NCBI GenBank assembly: GCA_965261345.1 | Contig: OZ253449.1 | Coordinates: forward strand, 736,001-800,000 | Source: Chloroflexota bacterium | GTDB lineage: Bacteria; Chloroflexota; UBA11872; VXNJ01 | Reading direction: 5' to 3' | Length of the DNA: 64,000 bases | Shown: piece by piece, positions 1-10,553 of the stretch | Position numbering within the stretch: the first letter of the stretch is position 1 | Layout: the number at the start of each line of letters is the position of its first letter | Position numbers and translations under genes: made by a program | The notes under the pieces: model-generated | Seen by the model: only the letters and a program-made list of their open reading frames with translations | Told to the model about the DNA's origin: nothing | The model's database searches: none

Positions 1-405
1 GTCAACAATTTGGGAGAAAGAGCTCCGTTGGGGCGAATCGCTTTTCCGGGTCCGGAAACAATCGCCCGGCTGAACCCGGGAGATATTCTCGAGCAGACTG
101 GGTTCGGCTACCGCTCAGCCAAACTCGGCCAAATCGCCAAATTGATCTGCAACGGGCAAGTTTGCCCGGAAAGCTGGGCCGACCCCGAACGTCCCGACCG
201 TACGGTCGCGGCCGAGATTTCCGCCTTGCCGGGAATCGGTCCCTATGCGCGGGCCCACATCATGGCGCTAAGCGGCCGTTTCGGCGAGCTGCCAATCGAT
301 AGCGTTTTTCGGAGTCGACATCCCGACACGGCCGCCGCCGAGCGGGTCTATCGGCGCTGGGGCCGCTGGCGTTACCTGGCCTACTGGTTCGGCCGGCACT
401 CCTAA
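1..405 (+). CDS. HhH-GPD superfamily DNA glycosylase (AlkA/Ogg-like), 5'-truncated by the window edge
   Basis: Frame is open from base 1. Motifs FPGPE, GFGYR, helix-hairpin-helix LPGIGPY, acidic PID and C-terminal WGRWRYLAYWF. Confidence 0.75.
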   Translation, partial: VNNLGERAPLGRIAFPGPETIARLNPGDILEQTGFGYRSAKLGQIAKLICNGQVCPESWADPERPDRTVAAEISALPGIGPYARAHIMALSGRFGELPIDSVFRSRHPDTAAAERVYRRWGRWRYLAYWFGRHS

Positions 406-2213
406 AAAATCAGCAGCAGGGTCGCATACCCGACCACCAATACGACCAACGCGACCGGGGTACCGGCGCGCACGTAGTCCTTGAACTGGTAGTTGCCGGG
501 TCCCATTACCAGGATGTTGCCGGGATGAGCGAAAGGGGTCACGTAGCCGGTTGCCGCGCCCAGGGCAACCGCCATTATGAACATTCGCGGATCGGCGCCG
601 GCGGAGAGAGCTGCATCGATCGCCAACGGAGCCATCAGCACCGCCGCAACGTGGTTATTGACAAATATCGCAAAGAGTGATGTAAGCACCAGGATGATCG
701 CCAGGACCACATGCCAACCGGCATCGCCGACCACATCGACCATTGAGGTGGCCAGCAATTCGGCCGCCCCGGTGGTGGTCATCGCCTCGGCAAGCGAAAG
801 CATCCCGGCAATTAGCAGGATCGCTCGCCAGGAGATCGATGCGCGGGCCTCGTCCATTGTCAGGGCGCGAGTCATCACCATAGCCGCCGCCCCGGCCAGG
901 GCAACTATCGCCACCGGCGCAATGTTGGTTACCATGCCAACCACGAAAAGAGCCAGCACGGCAATCGCCAACGGCGCCCGCTGACGACGAAATCGCATCC
1001 CGGTTTCCTGCGAGATCACGACCAGGTCATCGGCCTGCCGCCGCAGCGCGTCCACCTGCGCCGTGGGACCCTGCACTAGCAGGGTATCGCCCTGGCCCAG
1101 GCGCAATTGAGCCAGGCGGGTACGTTGCGCCATCCCGTCGCGCCAGACGGCCAGCACGTTCAACCCGTAGCGGGCGGCAAAGTCAATTTCCGGCAGGGTC
1201 TTCTCGATCAGCTCCGATCGCGGCGCCACCACCACCTCGGCCATCCTCGAGGACCCCGAACCAAGTTCAGCCAGATCGGCTACGGTACGGTCAAACTCAC
1301 CCAATCCGAAACTCTCGGCCATCCGTTCGACATCGACTCGAACCCCGCTGATTAGCAAGTGATCATCGGACTGGATAACGATGTTGGCGATCCCTTCGGC
1401 TATAAGATCGTCCTCGCGCTCAACCGCGTAGATAAAGACTCCAAATTTGCGCCCCAGATCGGCCTCGCCGGGAGTCTGGCCAATCAAGTTGGAGGTAAAT
1501 GGCACGATGATGTCGTAGACGCTCTGCTCTAACTTGTAGGGTTCGTGGTGGCGGCTGTCGGCCGGCAGCATGGCATCAATTTCCGCACTACCGGCATGTG
1601 AAGGGAGGAGCCAACGTCGCCCCAGGACCATCGAGGCGGTGCCGGCCGCCAAGATCGCCACCCCGATCGGGGTGAAATCGAAAAGCTGGAACGTCTCGAA
1701 CCCGCGATCGACCATCACGCTGTTGACCAGCAGATTTGCCGGGGTACCCACCAGGGAAAGCATGCTTCCCATCAACGCCCCGTAGGAAAGCGGCAATAGC
1801 ACCCGTGCTATCGGCGCGTTCATGGCCCGCGCCGCCGCCACGATTGCCGGCAGCATCACCGCCGCCGCCCCGATCGCATTCATAAATCCCGAGAGTCCGC
1901 CGACCGCCAGCATCGTCAGGGCAATAATGCGCGCCTCGCTGTCTCCGGCAGCTCGCCGCAACAGCTGACCGATTGCGTAAGCAATCCCGGTGCGTGAGAG
2001 GCCTTCGGAGATCACGTAGACCGATCCGATGGTAATGACCGCGGTGTTGGCGAAACCGGAGATCGCCCGGTCCAGGGTGACTAATCCGCTGGCGTAGACG
2101 GCCACCAACACGGCCAGGCCGATCAGATCAAAGGAGACCTTGTTGCTTGCAAATGCACCTACCGCCACCACCAAAATCGCAATCGTCAAGGCGATCTCAG
2201 CGGTCAATTGCAA
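402..2213 (-). CDS. SLC13/CitMHS-type anion permease with TrkA-C domains
   Basis: Hydrophobic N- and C-terminal halves, motifs SGFMN, LVGTPANLLV, TPFAHPGNILVMGPGNYQFKDY; central soluble TrkA-C-like repeats. Confidence 0.85.
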   Translation of the reverse strand: MQLTAEIALTIAILVVAVGAFASNKVSFDLIGLAVLVAVYASGLVTLDRAISGFANTAVITIGSVYVISEGLSRTGIAYAIGQLLRRAAGDSEARIIALTMLAVGGLSGFMNAIGAAAVMLPAIVAAARAMNAPIARVLLPLSYGALMGSMLSLVGTPANLLVNSVMVDRGFETFQLFDFTPIGVAILAAGTASMVLGRRWLLPSHAGSAEIDAMLPADSRHHEPYKLEQSVYDIIVPFTSNLIGQTPGEADLGRKFGVFIYAVEREDDLIAEGIANIVIQSDDHLLISGVRVDVERMAESFGLGEFDRTVADLAELGSGSSRMAEVVVAPRSELIEKTLPEIDFAARYGLNVLAVWRDGMAQRTRLAQLRLGQGDTLLVQGPTAQVDALRRQADDLVVISQETGMRFRRQRAPLAIAVLALFVVGMVTNIAPVAIVALAGAAAMVMTRALTMDEARASISWRAILLIAGMLSLAEAMTTTGAAELLATSMVDVVGDAGWHVVLAIILVLTSLFAIFVNNHVAAVLMAPLAIDAALSAGADPRMFIMAVALGAATGYVTPFAHPGNILVMGPGNYQFKDYVRAGTPVALVVLVVGYATLLLIF

Positions 2214-2260
2214 ACCTCATCGCAAACGCGGTTTAAGGGCGGGCGACGCGGGCTATGCTA

Positions 2261-2458
2261 CTAGCCCGTTGCGGCATCGGTCGGCCCTGGGGCGGGCGCA
2301 GATTGATCTGGCAGCATGCGCGCTATTCCGTTTTCGATCGGGTAGCGCCGGGTGCAATCCCGGCAGACTAGTTGGGCTGAGTTTTCGGCAAGCTGGCCAC
2401 GGCAGGCCGGACAGGCCAGCCGCAACAACAATTCGGCGGGAATTAGTGGTCGAGTCAA
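2261..2458 (-). CDS. Trm112/YcaR family small protein
   Basis: LACPACRGQL...LVCRDCTRRYPIENGIARML signature. Confidence 0.85.
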   Translation of the reverse strand: MTRPLIPAELLLRLACPACRGQLAENSAQLVCRDCTRRYPIENGIARMLPDQSAPAPGPTDAATG

Positions 2459-2684
2459 TGAACGCTACTTAGCGTAACGGGTAATATTCCCATGCGCCGC
2501 GCCGTTGCCGACTCAAATTTTCCGAGTGCCGGAATCGGCGTGCAGGAATTCTAATTGGCCCGCCGCGGGAGATTGGCGCGATGATCTGGAATCGGCCTTT
2601 CGGCCAATCATCGTTAGAATTTCGTAAACTACTTGCAAGCCTTCTCACCTAGCTAGCAACCGCTCGCCAACCCCACTGCCCCTG

Positions 2685-3371
2685 ATGGAAATTGCCTGGT
2701 TCGGCGCATCGTGCTTTCGGATTCAGCACCGTGGCGCAATCATTTTTCTGGATCCCTACCGCTTACCCTGGCGCTACCGCAATTTAAAGCAGCGGGCGCA
2801 TGGGATCACACTTAGCAGACCCCCGACGGGCGAGGAACCTGAGCTTCGCAATATCGAGGATCAGGACCCACTGGCTAAAGTCGGAACCGAACCCTATCGC
2901 ATCGATCGTCCCGGCGAATACGAAATCGCCGGTATGTTCATTGACGCCTACACAGCGACACCCGACCCTAGTACCGGGCCCGGCGGACTGGTACTGCGTC
3001 TTGTCGGCGGACACACCAAAGTGGCTCATTTGGGGCAATTGGCCGCGCCGCCGCCGGATTCGGTGGTTGCCCACCTGCGGCACGCCGACGCATTGATCGT
3101 CCCGCCCGGCGGGCGCGGCCAGCTTTCGGTTGGTGAACTGGTCAAGCTGGTGTCGCGGATCGACCCCTGCTGGGTGGTTCCGATGGAGTACTCGGACGCC
3201 GATGAGGTCGAGAACACCGCCCTAATTGAAAAACTGGTTGCCGGATTGGGCTTCCAGGTGACCGATCAGCAACCGGCGCTGACGGTAAGCGGGCGTTATG
3301 AGGGTCACGGTACACCGCAGATCGCCAATCTCCGTGCCCGCGTGGCGTTGAAGAAATCGGTCGTGGCCTAA
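2685..3371 (+). CDS. Metallo-beta-lactamase-fold protein (Lactamase_B_3-like; His ligands look degenerate)
   Basis: MEIAWFGASCFRI...DPY, PGEYEIAG, HLGQL, VVPMEY. The canonical HxDH motif is not seen. Confidence 0.7.
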   Translation: MEIAWFGASCFRIQHRGAIIFLDPYRLPWRYRNLKQRAHGITLSRPPTGEEPELRNIEDQDPLAKVGTEPYRIDRPGEYEIAGMFIDAYTATPDPSTGPGGLVLRLVGGHTKVAHLGQLAAPPPDSVVAHLRHADALIVPPGGRGQLSVGELVKLVSRIDPCWVVPMEYSDADEVENTALIEKLVAGLGFQVTDQQPALTVSGRYEGHGTPQIANLRARVALKKSVVA

Positions 3372-3377
3372 ATCGAA

Positions 3378-5033
3378 GTGCTGGTCCCATCCAAGTACCT
3401 GATTGTGACCGGCGGGGTGATGTCAGGACTGGGCAAAGGGGTAACCTGCGGCTCAATCGGCCGCATCCTCAAGTCGCGTGGCGTAGGGGTTGTAAACATC
3501 AAGCTCGATCCATATATCAACGTCGACCCCGGGACGATGAACCCCGCCCAACACGGCGAGGTGTTCGTCACCGACGACGGGGCCGAAACCGACCTGGACC
3601 TTGGTCACTACGAACGCTTTACCGACGTAAACCTTACCGCTGACTGCAATACCACCAGCGGCCAGGTTTTTGCCGAAGTGATTCGGCGCGAGCGCTACGG
3701 CGATTACCTCGGCGGAACCATCCAGGTGATCCCACATGTAACCGATGCGATCAAGGCGCGCATCCTGCGACAGGAGCAGAACTTCGGTGCCCAAGTCCAA
3801 ATCATTGAAGTTGGCGGAACCATCGGCGATATGGAGGGGTTGCCGTTCTTTGAAGCGGTACGCCAACTGAAACGTGATGTCGGTCCGGAAAACATCATGT
3901 ACATCCACCTCACCTACGTTCCCCGACTGGGCCCCTCGGGCGAATTTAAAACCAAGCCGACTCAACACTCGGTCGCCACCCTGCGCTCGATCGGCATTCT
4001 GCCGGAGGTTATCGCCTGCCGTTGCGAGCAACCGCTCGACCGCACCACCCGCGAAAAGATCGCCCTGTTTTGCGACGTAGATGCAAAGGCTGTAATCTCG
4101 CTGCCAACCCTGCCCGACATCTACCGCTTGCCGATGCACCTAGAGGACGAAGGCCTTGGCGATTACATCTGCCGCCACCTCGGGATCAAAGCAACAACGG
4201 TCGACCTGTCCGATTGGCAAACAATGGTCAACCGGTCGGATCAACATCGGCATGAAATTGAAGTTGCGGTGGTGGGCAAGTACGTTGAGGCCACCGACGC
4301 CTACATGAGCGTGGTGCAGGCACTCCACCACGCCGGCGTGGCGAATTCGGCTCGGGTCACGATCCGCTGGGTCGACGCCGAGGAACTCGAGCGCCGGCCC
4401 GCCGAGGATTTGCTGTCCGGGGTGGATGGGGTTCTGATCCCGGGCGGGTTCGGAAAAAGAGGGCTGGAAGGCAAGGTCGCGGCTGCCGGTTGGTCCCGAA
4501 CGACCGCCACGCCGTTCCTGGGATTGTGTCTGGGCATGCAGATGGCGGTTGTAGAGTTCGCCCGCAATGTGGCCGGAATCGAGGATGCAGCGTCCTTTGA
4601 ACAGGACACCGATTCCACAGCCCAGGTAATCTCGCCAATGCCGCAGCACCACGGTGACATCGATCTGGGCGGAACCATGCGGCTGGGCGCCCAGGAATGC
4701 TCGATCGTGCCAGGGACCGCGACCCACGGCGCCTACGGTATGAATCATGTGCGCGAACGCCATCGTCATCGCCTGGAATTTAACAACGCCTTTCGAAAGT
4801 CGTTGCAACAGGCCGGAATGGTCCTTGCCGGGATTAATGAAAACCGAGATCTGGTCGAGATAATCGAGCTGGCCGGGCACCCTTGGTTCGTTGGCGTGCA
4901 GTTCCATCCCGAATTCCGATCGCGACCCAATCGTCCGCACCCATTGTTCGTAGGATTTCTGGGCGCCTGCCTGCGACATTTCCCGGAAACCAGTTTGCAG
5001 ACCGCCTACCAAGAGGACCTGCAACTTTCGTAA
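3378..5033 (+). CDS. pyrG: CTP synthase
   Basis: GGVMSGLGKG, KLDPYINVDPGTMNP, KTKPTQHSV, GLCLGMQ, QFHPEF. Confidence 0.98.
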   Translation: MLVPSKYLIVTGGVMSGLGKGVTCGSIGRILKSRGVGVVNIKLDPYINVDPGTMNPAQHGEVFVTDDGAETDLDLGHYERFTDVNLTADCNTTSGQVFAEVIRRERYGDYLGGTIQVIPHVTDAIKARILRQEQNFGAQVQIIEVGGTIGDMEGLPFFEAVRQLKRDVGPENIMYIHLTYVPRLGPSGEFKTKPTQHSVATLRSIGILPEVIACRCEQPLDRTTREKIALFCDVDAKAVISLPTLPDIYRLPMHLEDEGLGDYICRHLGIKATTVDLSDWQTMVNRSDQHRHEIEVAVVGKYVEATDAYMSVVQALHHAGVANSARVTIRWVDAEELERRPAEDLLSGVDGVLIPGGFGKRGLEGKVAAAGWSRTTATPFLGLCLGMQMAVVEFARNVAGIEDAASFEQDTDSTAQVISPMPQHHGDIDLGGTMRLGAQECSIVPGTATHGAYGMNHVRERHRHRLEFNNAFRKSLQQAGMVLAGINENRDLVEIIELAGHPWFVGVQFHPEFRSRPNRPHPLFVGFLGACLRHFPETSLQTAYQEDLQLS

Positions 5034-5084
5034 TCATCCGCCGGCGGGTATACCGGTCGGTCGGACCAGCAGCACATTCGAGGA

Positions 5085-6368
5085 TTGGCAATGAGTGTCA
5101 TTTGCGTCGTCGGCACGCAGTGGGGCGACGAAGGCAAGGGCAAGATCGTAGATTTCTTAGCCGGCGACTGCCAGCTGGTTGTCCGATTTCAGGGCTCTGA
5201 CAATGCCGGTCACACGGTTGTAAACGATCACGGTCGATTCGGGTTGCATCTGATCCCATCGGGCATCTTCCATCGCGGCACCCGCAACCTGCTAGGGACC
5301 GGCACCGGGGTCAATCCCGATTCATTCCTAAACGAAGTTAACGGTTTGGCCGACCGGCTCCCTTCGCTTGGGATCCGCGATCGAATCCGGATTTCCGAGC
5401 GCGCTCACGTGATCATGCCATATCACCGGCACATCGATTCGGCCCAGGAAGATTCACGTGGCGACCTGTTCCAAGGGACGACCGGACGCGGCAACGGCCC
5501 ACTTTATGCCGACAAATATTCCCGCAGCGGCGTCCAAATCGCCGATTTGTACGAACCGCAATACCTGTTGCGTTGGCTCGAACATGTCATCGGTGAAAAA
5601 AACCACCTGCTCCGGCGCCTGGGAGCCGAATTCTCCCTGAGCCCGCAGGCTGCTTTTGAACAATGCCAAGAATGGGCCGAATTGCTCTCGCCTTACGTCG
5701 TTGACAGCTTTCCCTTGATCCAGGCAGCCTTACGCGGAGCTCAAAACGTGCTGCTGGAAGGCCAATTGGGAATCATGCGCGACATCGACTGGGGGCATTA
5801 CCCATACGTGACCTCATCGTCGCCGACGGCCGGCGGCGCCAGCATCGGGGCCGGGATTCCGCCCAACCGCATCGACCGCACGATCGGGGTCGCTAAAGCC
5901 TTCACCTCCTCAGTCGGTGAGGGACCATTTCCCACCGAGCTGACGGGGCCAGCCGCTGATCGGCTGCGGATCGCCGGCCAGGAATTTGGTGTAGCAACCG
6001 GACGCCCGAGGCGGGTTGGATGGATGGACGCGGTCGCCGTGCGCTACGCCGCGGCGCTAAACGGGATCAGCCAATTGGCGCTCACCAAACTGGACCTGCT
6101 CGACGATGTTGATGAAATACCCATCTGTCGAGCCTATGAGGTCGACGGGGAGACGATCGAATGGGTGCCCAATACCCACCGGCTGGCACGCGCCAAGCCA
6201 ATTTACGACCTCATGCCGGGCTGGCGGCAGCCAACGGCAGGTCTATCTGAATGGTCTCAGCTGCCAGCCAACGCCCGCGCCTACGTTCGGCGGGTGGAGG
6301 AGATAACCGGAGTAGCGGTCGGATACGTCGGCACCGGACAAGAGCGGTCGGCGCTAATCTGCCGCTAG
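5085..6368 (+). CDS. purA: Adenylosuccinate synthetase (ATG at 5091 is an alternative start)
   Basis: QWGDEGKGKIVD, NAGHTV, LHLIPSG, TGRPRRVGWMD, LTKLD. Confidence 0.97.
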   Translation: MAMSVICVVGTQWGDEGKGKIVDFLAGDCQLVVRFQGSDNAGHTVVNDHGRFGLHLIPSGIFHRGTRNLLGTGTGVNPDSFLNEVNGLADRLPSLGIRDRIRISERAHVIMPYHRHIDSAQEDSRGDLFQGTTGRGNGPLYADKYSRSGVQIADLYEPQYLLRWLEHVIGEKNHLLRRLGAEFSLSPQAAFEQCQEWAELLSPYVVDSFPLIQAALRGAQNVLLEGQLGIMRDIDWGHYPYVTSSSPTAGGASIGAGIPPNRIDRTIGVAKAFTSSVGEGPFPTELTGPAADRLRIAGQEFGVATGRPRRVGWMDAVAVRYAAALNGISQLALTKLDLLDDVDEIPICRAYEVDGETIEWVPNTHRLARAKPIYDLMPGWRQPTAGLSEWSQLPANARAYVRRVEEITGVAVGYVGTGQERSALICR

Positions 6369-6449
6369 CTAATCGGGCTGGCCCCGAGGGTCCGCTACCC
6401 AACGAATCGCACCGTGCTGGAGCCGGGTTTTAACCTAAAATTTGCCGCG

Positions 6450-6481
6450 ACCTTTAATCTTGTCCGGCGAGGCAGAAAGGT
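6450..6481 (+). promoter_or_regulatory. PyrR-binding RNA loop (pyr attenuator anti-antiterminator)
   Basis: ACCTTTAATCTTGTCCGGCGAGGCAGAAAGGT resembles the known PyrR site (CUUUAA..RUCCnGnGAGGY..AAG) with a closing ACCTTT/AAAGGT stem, directly upstream of pyrR. Confidence 0.85.
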
Positions 6482-6518
6482 TAAATTGGCCGATTCCGGC
6501 TCACCCGATAAGCTAGCG

Positions 6519-6549
6519 CGGTCACCGATTCCGGATGACCGTTTTTTTT
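6519..6549 (+). terminator. Intrinsic terminator of the pyr attenuator
   Basis: CGGTCA-CCG-attc-CGG-a-TGACCG stem followed by T8 (6542-6549), between the PyrR site and the pyrR start. Confidence 0.85.
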
Positions 6550-6590
6550 CGGTCGGCGACGACCCCGTCAATCGGCGCTGGCAATTGGCA

Positions 6591-7112
6591 ATGTCAGCTT
6601 CCGCGGTTGAGCGGTCCCTGCGCCGCATGTCCCACGAAATCATTGAGCGCGCCGGCGATCTTCAGCGGCTGGCACTCGTCGGAATATGCACCCGCGGAGC
6701 TCCGTTGGCCGGTCGCATCGCCAAACAAATCGGCATCATCGAGGGCGTATCGCCCGAGGTCGGACAGCTCGACATCACGATGCACCGCGACGACCTGAGT
6801 TTGCGTTCGGACATGCGTGAAATCGCTCCGAGCCAGATCAAATTCGAGCTCGACGGGCTGGAGGTGGTTTTAGTCGACGACGTCATCTTCACCGGACGGT
6901 CGGTGCGGGCCGCCCTAAATGCACTCGGAGCCTACGGCCGGCCGGCCCGCGTGCAGCTTGCAGTCCTGGTCGATCGCGGTCATCGTGAACTGCCGATCCG
7001 GCCTGATTTCGTCGGCAAGAACATTCCCACCCAGCACGGCGATCACGTTCGCGTGCAGATTGAGGAAGTTGACGGACAGGACGCGGTAGGAGTCTCCCGG
7101 ACCGGGCAGTGA
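6591..7112 (+). CDS. pyrR: Bifunctional pyr operon attenuation regulator/uracil phosphoribosyltransferase
   Basis: LDITMHRDD, VLVDDVIFTGRSVRAAL, DRGHRELPIRPDFVGKN. Start moved from 6414 to ATG 6591 because the longer ORF runs through the attenuator. Confidence 0.95.
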   Translation: MSASAVERSLRRMSHEIIERAGDLQRLALVGICTRGAPLAGRIAKQIGIIEGVSPEVGQLDITMHRDDLSLRSDMREIAPSQIKFELDGLEVVLVDDVIFTGRSVRAALNALGAYGRPARVQLAVLVDRGHRELPIRPDFVGKNIPTQHGDHVRVQIEEVDGQDAVGVSRTGQ

Positions 7113-8050
7113 CTCCTTTTTCCCACCGTCATCTGCTCGATCTGTCAAGCTACAGCGCGGGAGATATCGAACTCCTGCTCGACGCCGCCGAGTCTATGGC
7201 CGAAATCCTCGAACGCAAGGTCCCGCGCGTTCCGGCATTGCGTGGTACCACCGTGGCCAACATGTTCTTTGAGGCCAGCACCCGCACCAAAATCTCCTTT
7301 GAGGTGGCAGAAAAAGCACTGGGCGCCGAGGCAATAAATTTCTCCGCGGCCGGCAGCTCACTTTCGAAGGGCGAATCGCTAGCTGATACGCTGGCCACTA
7401 TCGCCGCCTTGGGGGCCGATATTTTTGTGATGCGTCATGCCCGCGCCGGCGCCCCGCATCTGGCCGCGCGCCTCCTACCGGGGCCGGTCATCAATGCCGG
7501 CGACGGCGCCCACGCACACCCTACTCAGGGCCTGCTCGACGCCCTCACGATCCGGCGACGGCTCGGCCGGATCAAGGGGTTGAAGGTGGTCATTGTCGGC
7601 GACATTCGCCACAGCCGGGTTGCCCGTTCCAACATATTGGCGCTGACCAAGCTGGGGGCCCGCGTGGTTCTCTGCGGGCCGCCTCAATTAGTCCCGATCG
7701 GGCTTGCCCAGGGCAGTCAAGTAATCCTGGAGCCGCGCCTCCGGGAGGCGGTCGCGGGCGCCCACGTGTTGATGGGACTGCGAATCCAGCACGAGCGGAT
7801 GGCGGGTCCCTGGCTGGCCTCGTCGCGCGAGTACGTGACCCAATACGCGATAACGCCCGAGCACATGGAACTGGCCAACCACGAAGCCATTCTCATGCAT
7901 CCGGGCCCGCAAAACACCGGAATTGAAATCGATCCGGCGCTTTCGGAATCGAATCGCTCGGTTATCGCCGACCAGGTGACCGCGGGCCTGGCTGTCCGGA
8001 TGGCGGTCATCTACCTGCTATCCCGCAATCGCGCTGCGCGGTCCCCATGA
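7109..8050 (+). CDS. pyrB: Aspartate carbamoyltransferase catalytic subunit
   Basis: FFEASTRTKISFE, INAGDGAHAHPTQ, MHPGP. GTGA overlap with pyrR. Confidence 0.97.
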   Translation: MTPFSHRHLLDLSSYSAGDIELLLDAAESMAEILERKVPRVPALRGTTVANMFFEASTRTKISFEVAEKALGAEAINFSAAGSSLSKGESLADTLATIAALGADIFVMRHARAGAPHLAARLLPGPVINAGDGAHAHPTQGLLDALTIRRRLGRIKGLKVVIVGDIRHSRVARSNILALTKLGARVVLCGPPQLVPIGLAQGSQVILEPRLREAVAGAHVLMGLRIQHERMAGPWLASSREYVTQYAITPEHMELANHEAILMHPGPQNTGIEIDPALSESNRSVIADQVTAGLAVRMAVIYLLSRNRAARSP

Positions 8051-9369
8051 ACGGTCCCGATCAACTGCTGCGCAATGGACGGGTCATCGACCCGGCTGCG
8101 GGACTGGATGCAGTGTGCGACCTTCTCATCCGGGCCGGCCGGGTGGAAGCGGTCGGTGCCAACCTCGGGCGCCCAGACGGGGCGATCGTCTTCGACGCTG
8201 CCGGCCTGGTAATCGCCCCGGGGCTGGTCGACCCGCACTGCCACCTGCGCACGCCGGGCGGGGAGCATAAGGAAACCATTGAATCCGGCGCGGCGGCGGC
8301 GGCGGCCGGAGGTTACACCTCAGTGGTGGCGATGGCTAACACCGACCCGGTGGTAGACAACCCGGCAGTCCTACGCGACATTGACGAACGGGCCCGCTCG
8401 GCTTGTGTAAACATCGCCCAAATCGCCACCATCTCGCAGGGCATGGAGGGTCGGGAGCTGTCCAATATGGGCCAGTTGGTCGCCGCCGGAGCCGTCGGTT
8501 TCTCCGACGATGGGATCCCGGTGGAATCGGCTCGGCTGATGCGGACGGCTTTCGAATACGCCAATCGGTTCGCGCGGCCAGTGGCCAACCACGCTGAGGA
8601 GCCTTCCTTAATTGCCGGGGCGAGCATGCACGAAGGCCGCGTCTCGGCGCGTCTCGGCCTGATCGGAGCGCCCCACCAGGCCGAGGAAATCATGCTGGAG
8701 CGTGACCTGCGCCTGGCGATGCTGACCGGCGGTTGTTACCACGCCCTGCATCTTTCTTCAGGCGGTTCGGTGGAGATCGTCAAACTGGCCAAGCAGCGCG
8801 GTGCCAATGTTGCAGCCGAGGTCTCGCCGCACCATCTAACCCTGACCGACGAGCTGGTAGCTGGAGACGGAGCGTCAACTGGTGCCTACGATAGCCAGGC
8901 CAAGGTCAACCCGCCACTGCGTTCAGCTCGCCATGTCGAGGCCCTTTGCCACGGTCTGAGCGAAGGCGTCTTCGATCTGATCGGCACCGACCACGCCCCC
9001 CACGCCGAGCACGAAAAACAGGTGCCGTTCGAGGAAGCAGCTCCCGGATTCTCAGGTTTTGAGACCGCCCTTTCGGTCATGCTTGGCTTGGTGGCCAAGA
9101 AGGTGATTTCGCTCCCGCGGCTCCTGTCGTTGATGACGACCAATCCGGCCCGCCTCTACCGGTTGCCGGCCGGCTCGCTTACACCCAGCGCCTTCGCCGA
9201 CGTGGTCGCCATCGACCTTGCCAGGGAGTGGACGGTTGACCGCCACTCCCTGATCTCGCGCGGGCACAACACCCCGTTGCATGAGCGGAAATTGCGCGGG
9301 CGGGCGGTCGTGACCTGGGTGGCCGGGCAGGTCGTTTACGACCTCGATCGCAGGATTGCCAGGCCGTGA
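8047..9369 (+). CDS. pyrC: Dihydroorotase (type I)
   Basis: DPHCHLRTPG, MANTDP, KVNPPLR, TDHAPH. ATGA overlap with pyrB. Confidence 0.95.
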   Translation: MNGPDQLLRNGRVIDPAAGLDAVCDLLIRAGRVEAVGANLGRPDGAIVFDAAGLVIAPGLVDPHCHLRTPGGEHKETIESGAAAAAAGGYTSVVAMANTDPVVDNPAVLRDIDERARSACVNIAQIATISQGMEGRELSNMGQLVAAGAVGFSDDGIPVESARLMRTAFEYANRFARPVANHAEEPSLIAGASMHEGRVSARLGLIGAPHQAEEIMLERDLRLAMLTGGCYHALHLSSGGSVEIVKLAKQRGANVAAEVSPHHLTLTDELVAGDGASTGAYDSQAKVNPPLRSARHVEALCHGLSEGVFDLIGTDHAPHAEHEKQVPFEEAAPGFSGFETALSVMLGLVAKKVISLPRLLSLMTTNPARLYRLPAGSLTPSAFADVVAIDLAREWTVDRHSLISRGHNTPLHERKLRGRAVVTWVAGQVVYDLDRRIARP

Positions 9370-10553
9370 GGAGTGACCGCCGGGCGGTCCTGAGCCTGGA
9401 GACCGGGGAACATTTCTTCGGGTACAGCCAGGGCGCGCCGACCGAGGCGCAGGGCGAAGTTGTATTTAACACGTCGATGACTGGTTATCAGGAGATCTGC
9501 AGCGACCCCTCCTACCGCGGCGAGATCGTCGTGCTCGCCTACCCATTGATCAACAACTACGGCGCCAACGACCGCGACCCCGAATCGCGACGTCCCTGGC
9601 TTTCAGGCCTAATTGTTAGGCAGCTGGCGCAAAACCCGAGCAATTGGCGCAATCAGCTCCCGTTAGACGAGTACCTGGCCGAATTCGACATACCGGTGCT
9701 CACGGGGATCGACACGCGCCGCTTGATTAGGATCCTGCGCAGCGGCGGCGTCCGCCGCGGGGTGATTTCACGGGTTGCCGGCAGCCTGGCGCCGAGCGAT
9801 TCATTTAGTTGGACCAACGGCCGTGTCGATCTGCCGGAGGGTTATCTGGACGAACTTGCCAAACGGGCACGGACCGTTCCGCGCCTGTCGGCCCAGAACC
9901 TGATCGCCGAGGTCGTCCACCCGAAACAGTTCGAATTCGACCACGATCAATGGGCACCGTGGCCGGCACCGACGACACGCCCGAGCCGACCGCACATCGC
10001 CGTGCTTGACACCGGCGCCAAATCCAACATCGCCCGCAGTCTGACCGCCAGGGGCTGCCGGGTGAGTGTGCTCCCTTACTTCCAGGAGTTTGCGCGGATC
10101 GATTCGCTGTCCCCCGATGGAGTTGTACTGGCCAACGGACCCGGCGACCCACAATCGGCCAGCCAGGCGGTGGCCACCGCGCGCGAGCTGATCGGGCGCT
10201 ATCCGGTGATGGGCATATGTTTGGGGCATCAAATCCTGGGATTGGCCGTCGGAGCCAGTACCTCGCGGCTCAAATTTGGGCATCGCGGCTCCAATCATCC
10301 GGTCAAGGACTTGGCCAGCGGTCGAGTACACATTACCGCGCAAAACCACGGTTTTCAGGTCGATGCCCATTCGATTCCCGCCGCCAGCGGCTTTGTCGTC
10401 TCCCACATAAACCTCAATGACGGTTCGGTGGAGGGGCTTGCCCACCGCGAACTGCCGATCTTCTCGGTTCAGTACCATCCCGAGGCCGCGCCGGGCCCGC
10501 AGGACAATCAACACCTTTTTGACCGGTTTCTGGATTTGGTCGATCGGCGATGA
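9366..10553 (+). CDS. carA: Carbamoyl-phosphate synthase small subunit
   Basis: [38 protein letters not shown]. Confidence 0.97.
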   Translation: MRSDRRAVLSLETGEHFFGYSQGAPTEAQGEVVFNTSMTGYQEICSDPSYRGEIVVLAYPLINNYGANDRDPESRRPWLSGLIVRQLAQNPSNWRNQLPLDEYLAEFDIPVLTGIDTRRLIRILRSGGVRRGVISRVAGSLAPSDSFSWTNGRVDLPEGYLDELAKRARTVPRLSAQNLIAEVVHPKQFEFDHDQWAPWPAPTTRPSRPHIAVLDTGAKSNIARSLTARGCRVSVLPYFQEFARIDSLSPDGVVLANGPGDPQSASQAVATARELIGRYPVMGICLGHQILGLAVGASTSRLKFGHRGSNHPVKDLASGRVHITAQNHGFQVDAHSIPAASGFVVSHINLNDGSVEGLAHRELPIFSVQYHPEAAPGPQDNQHLFDRFLDLVDRR

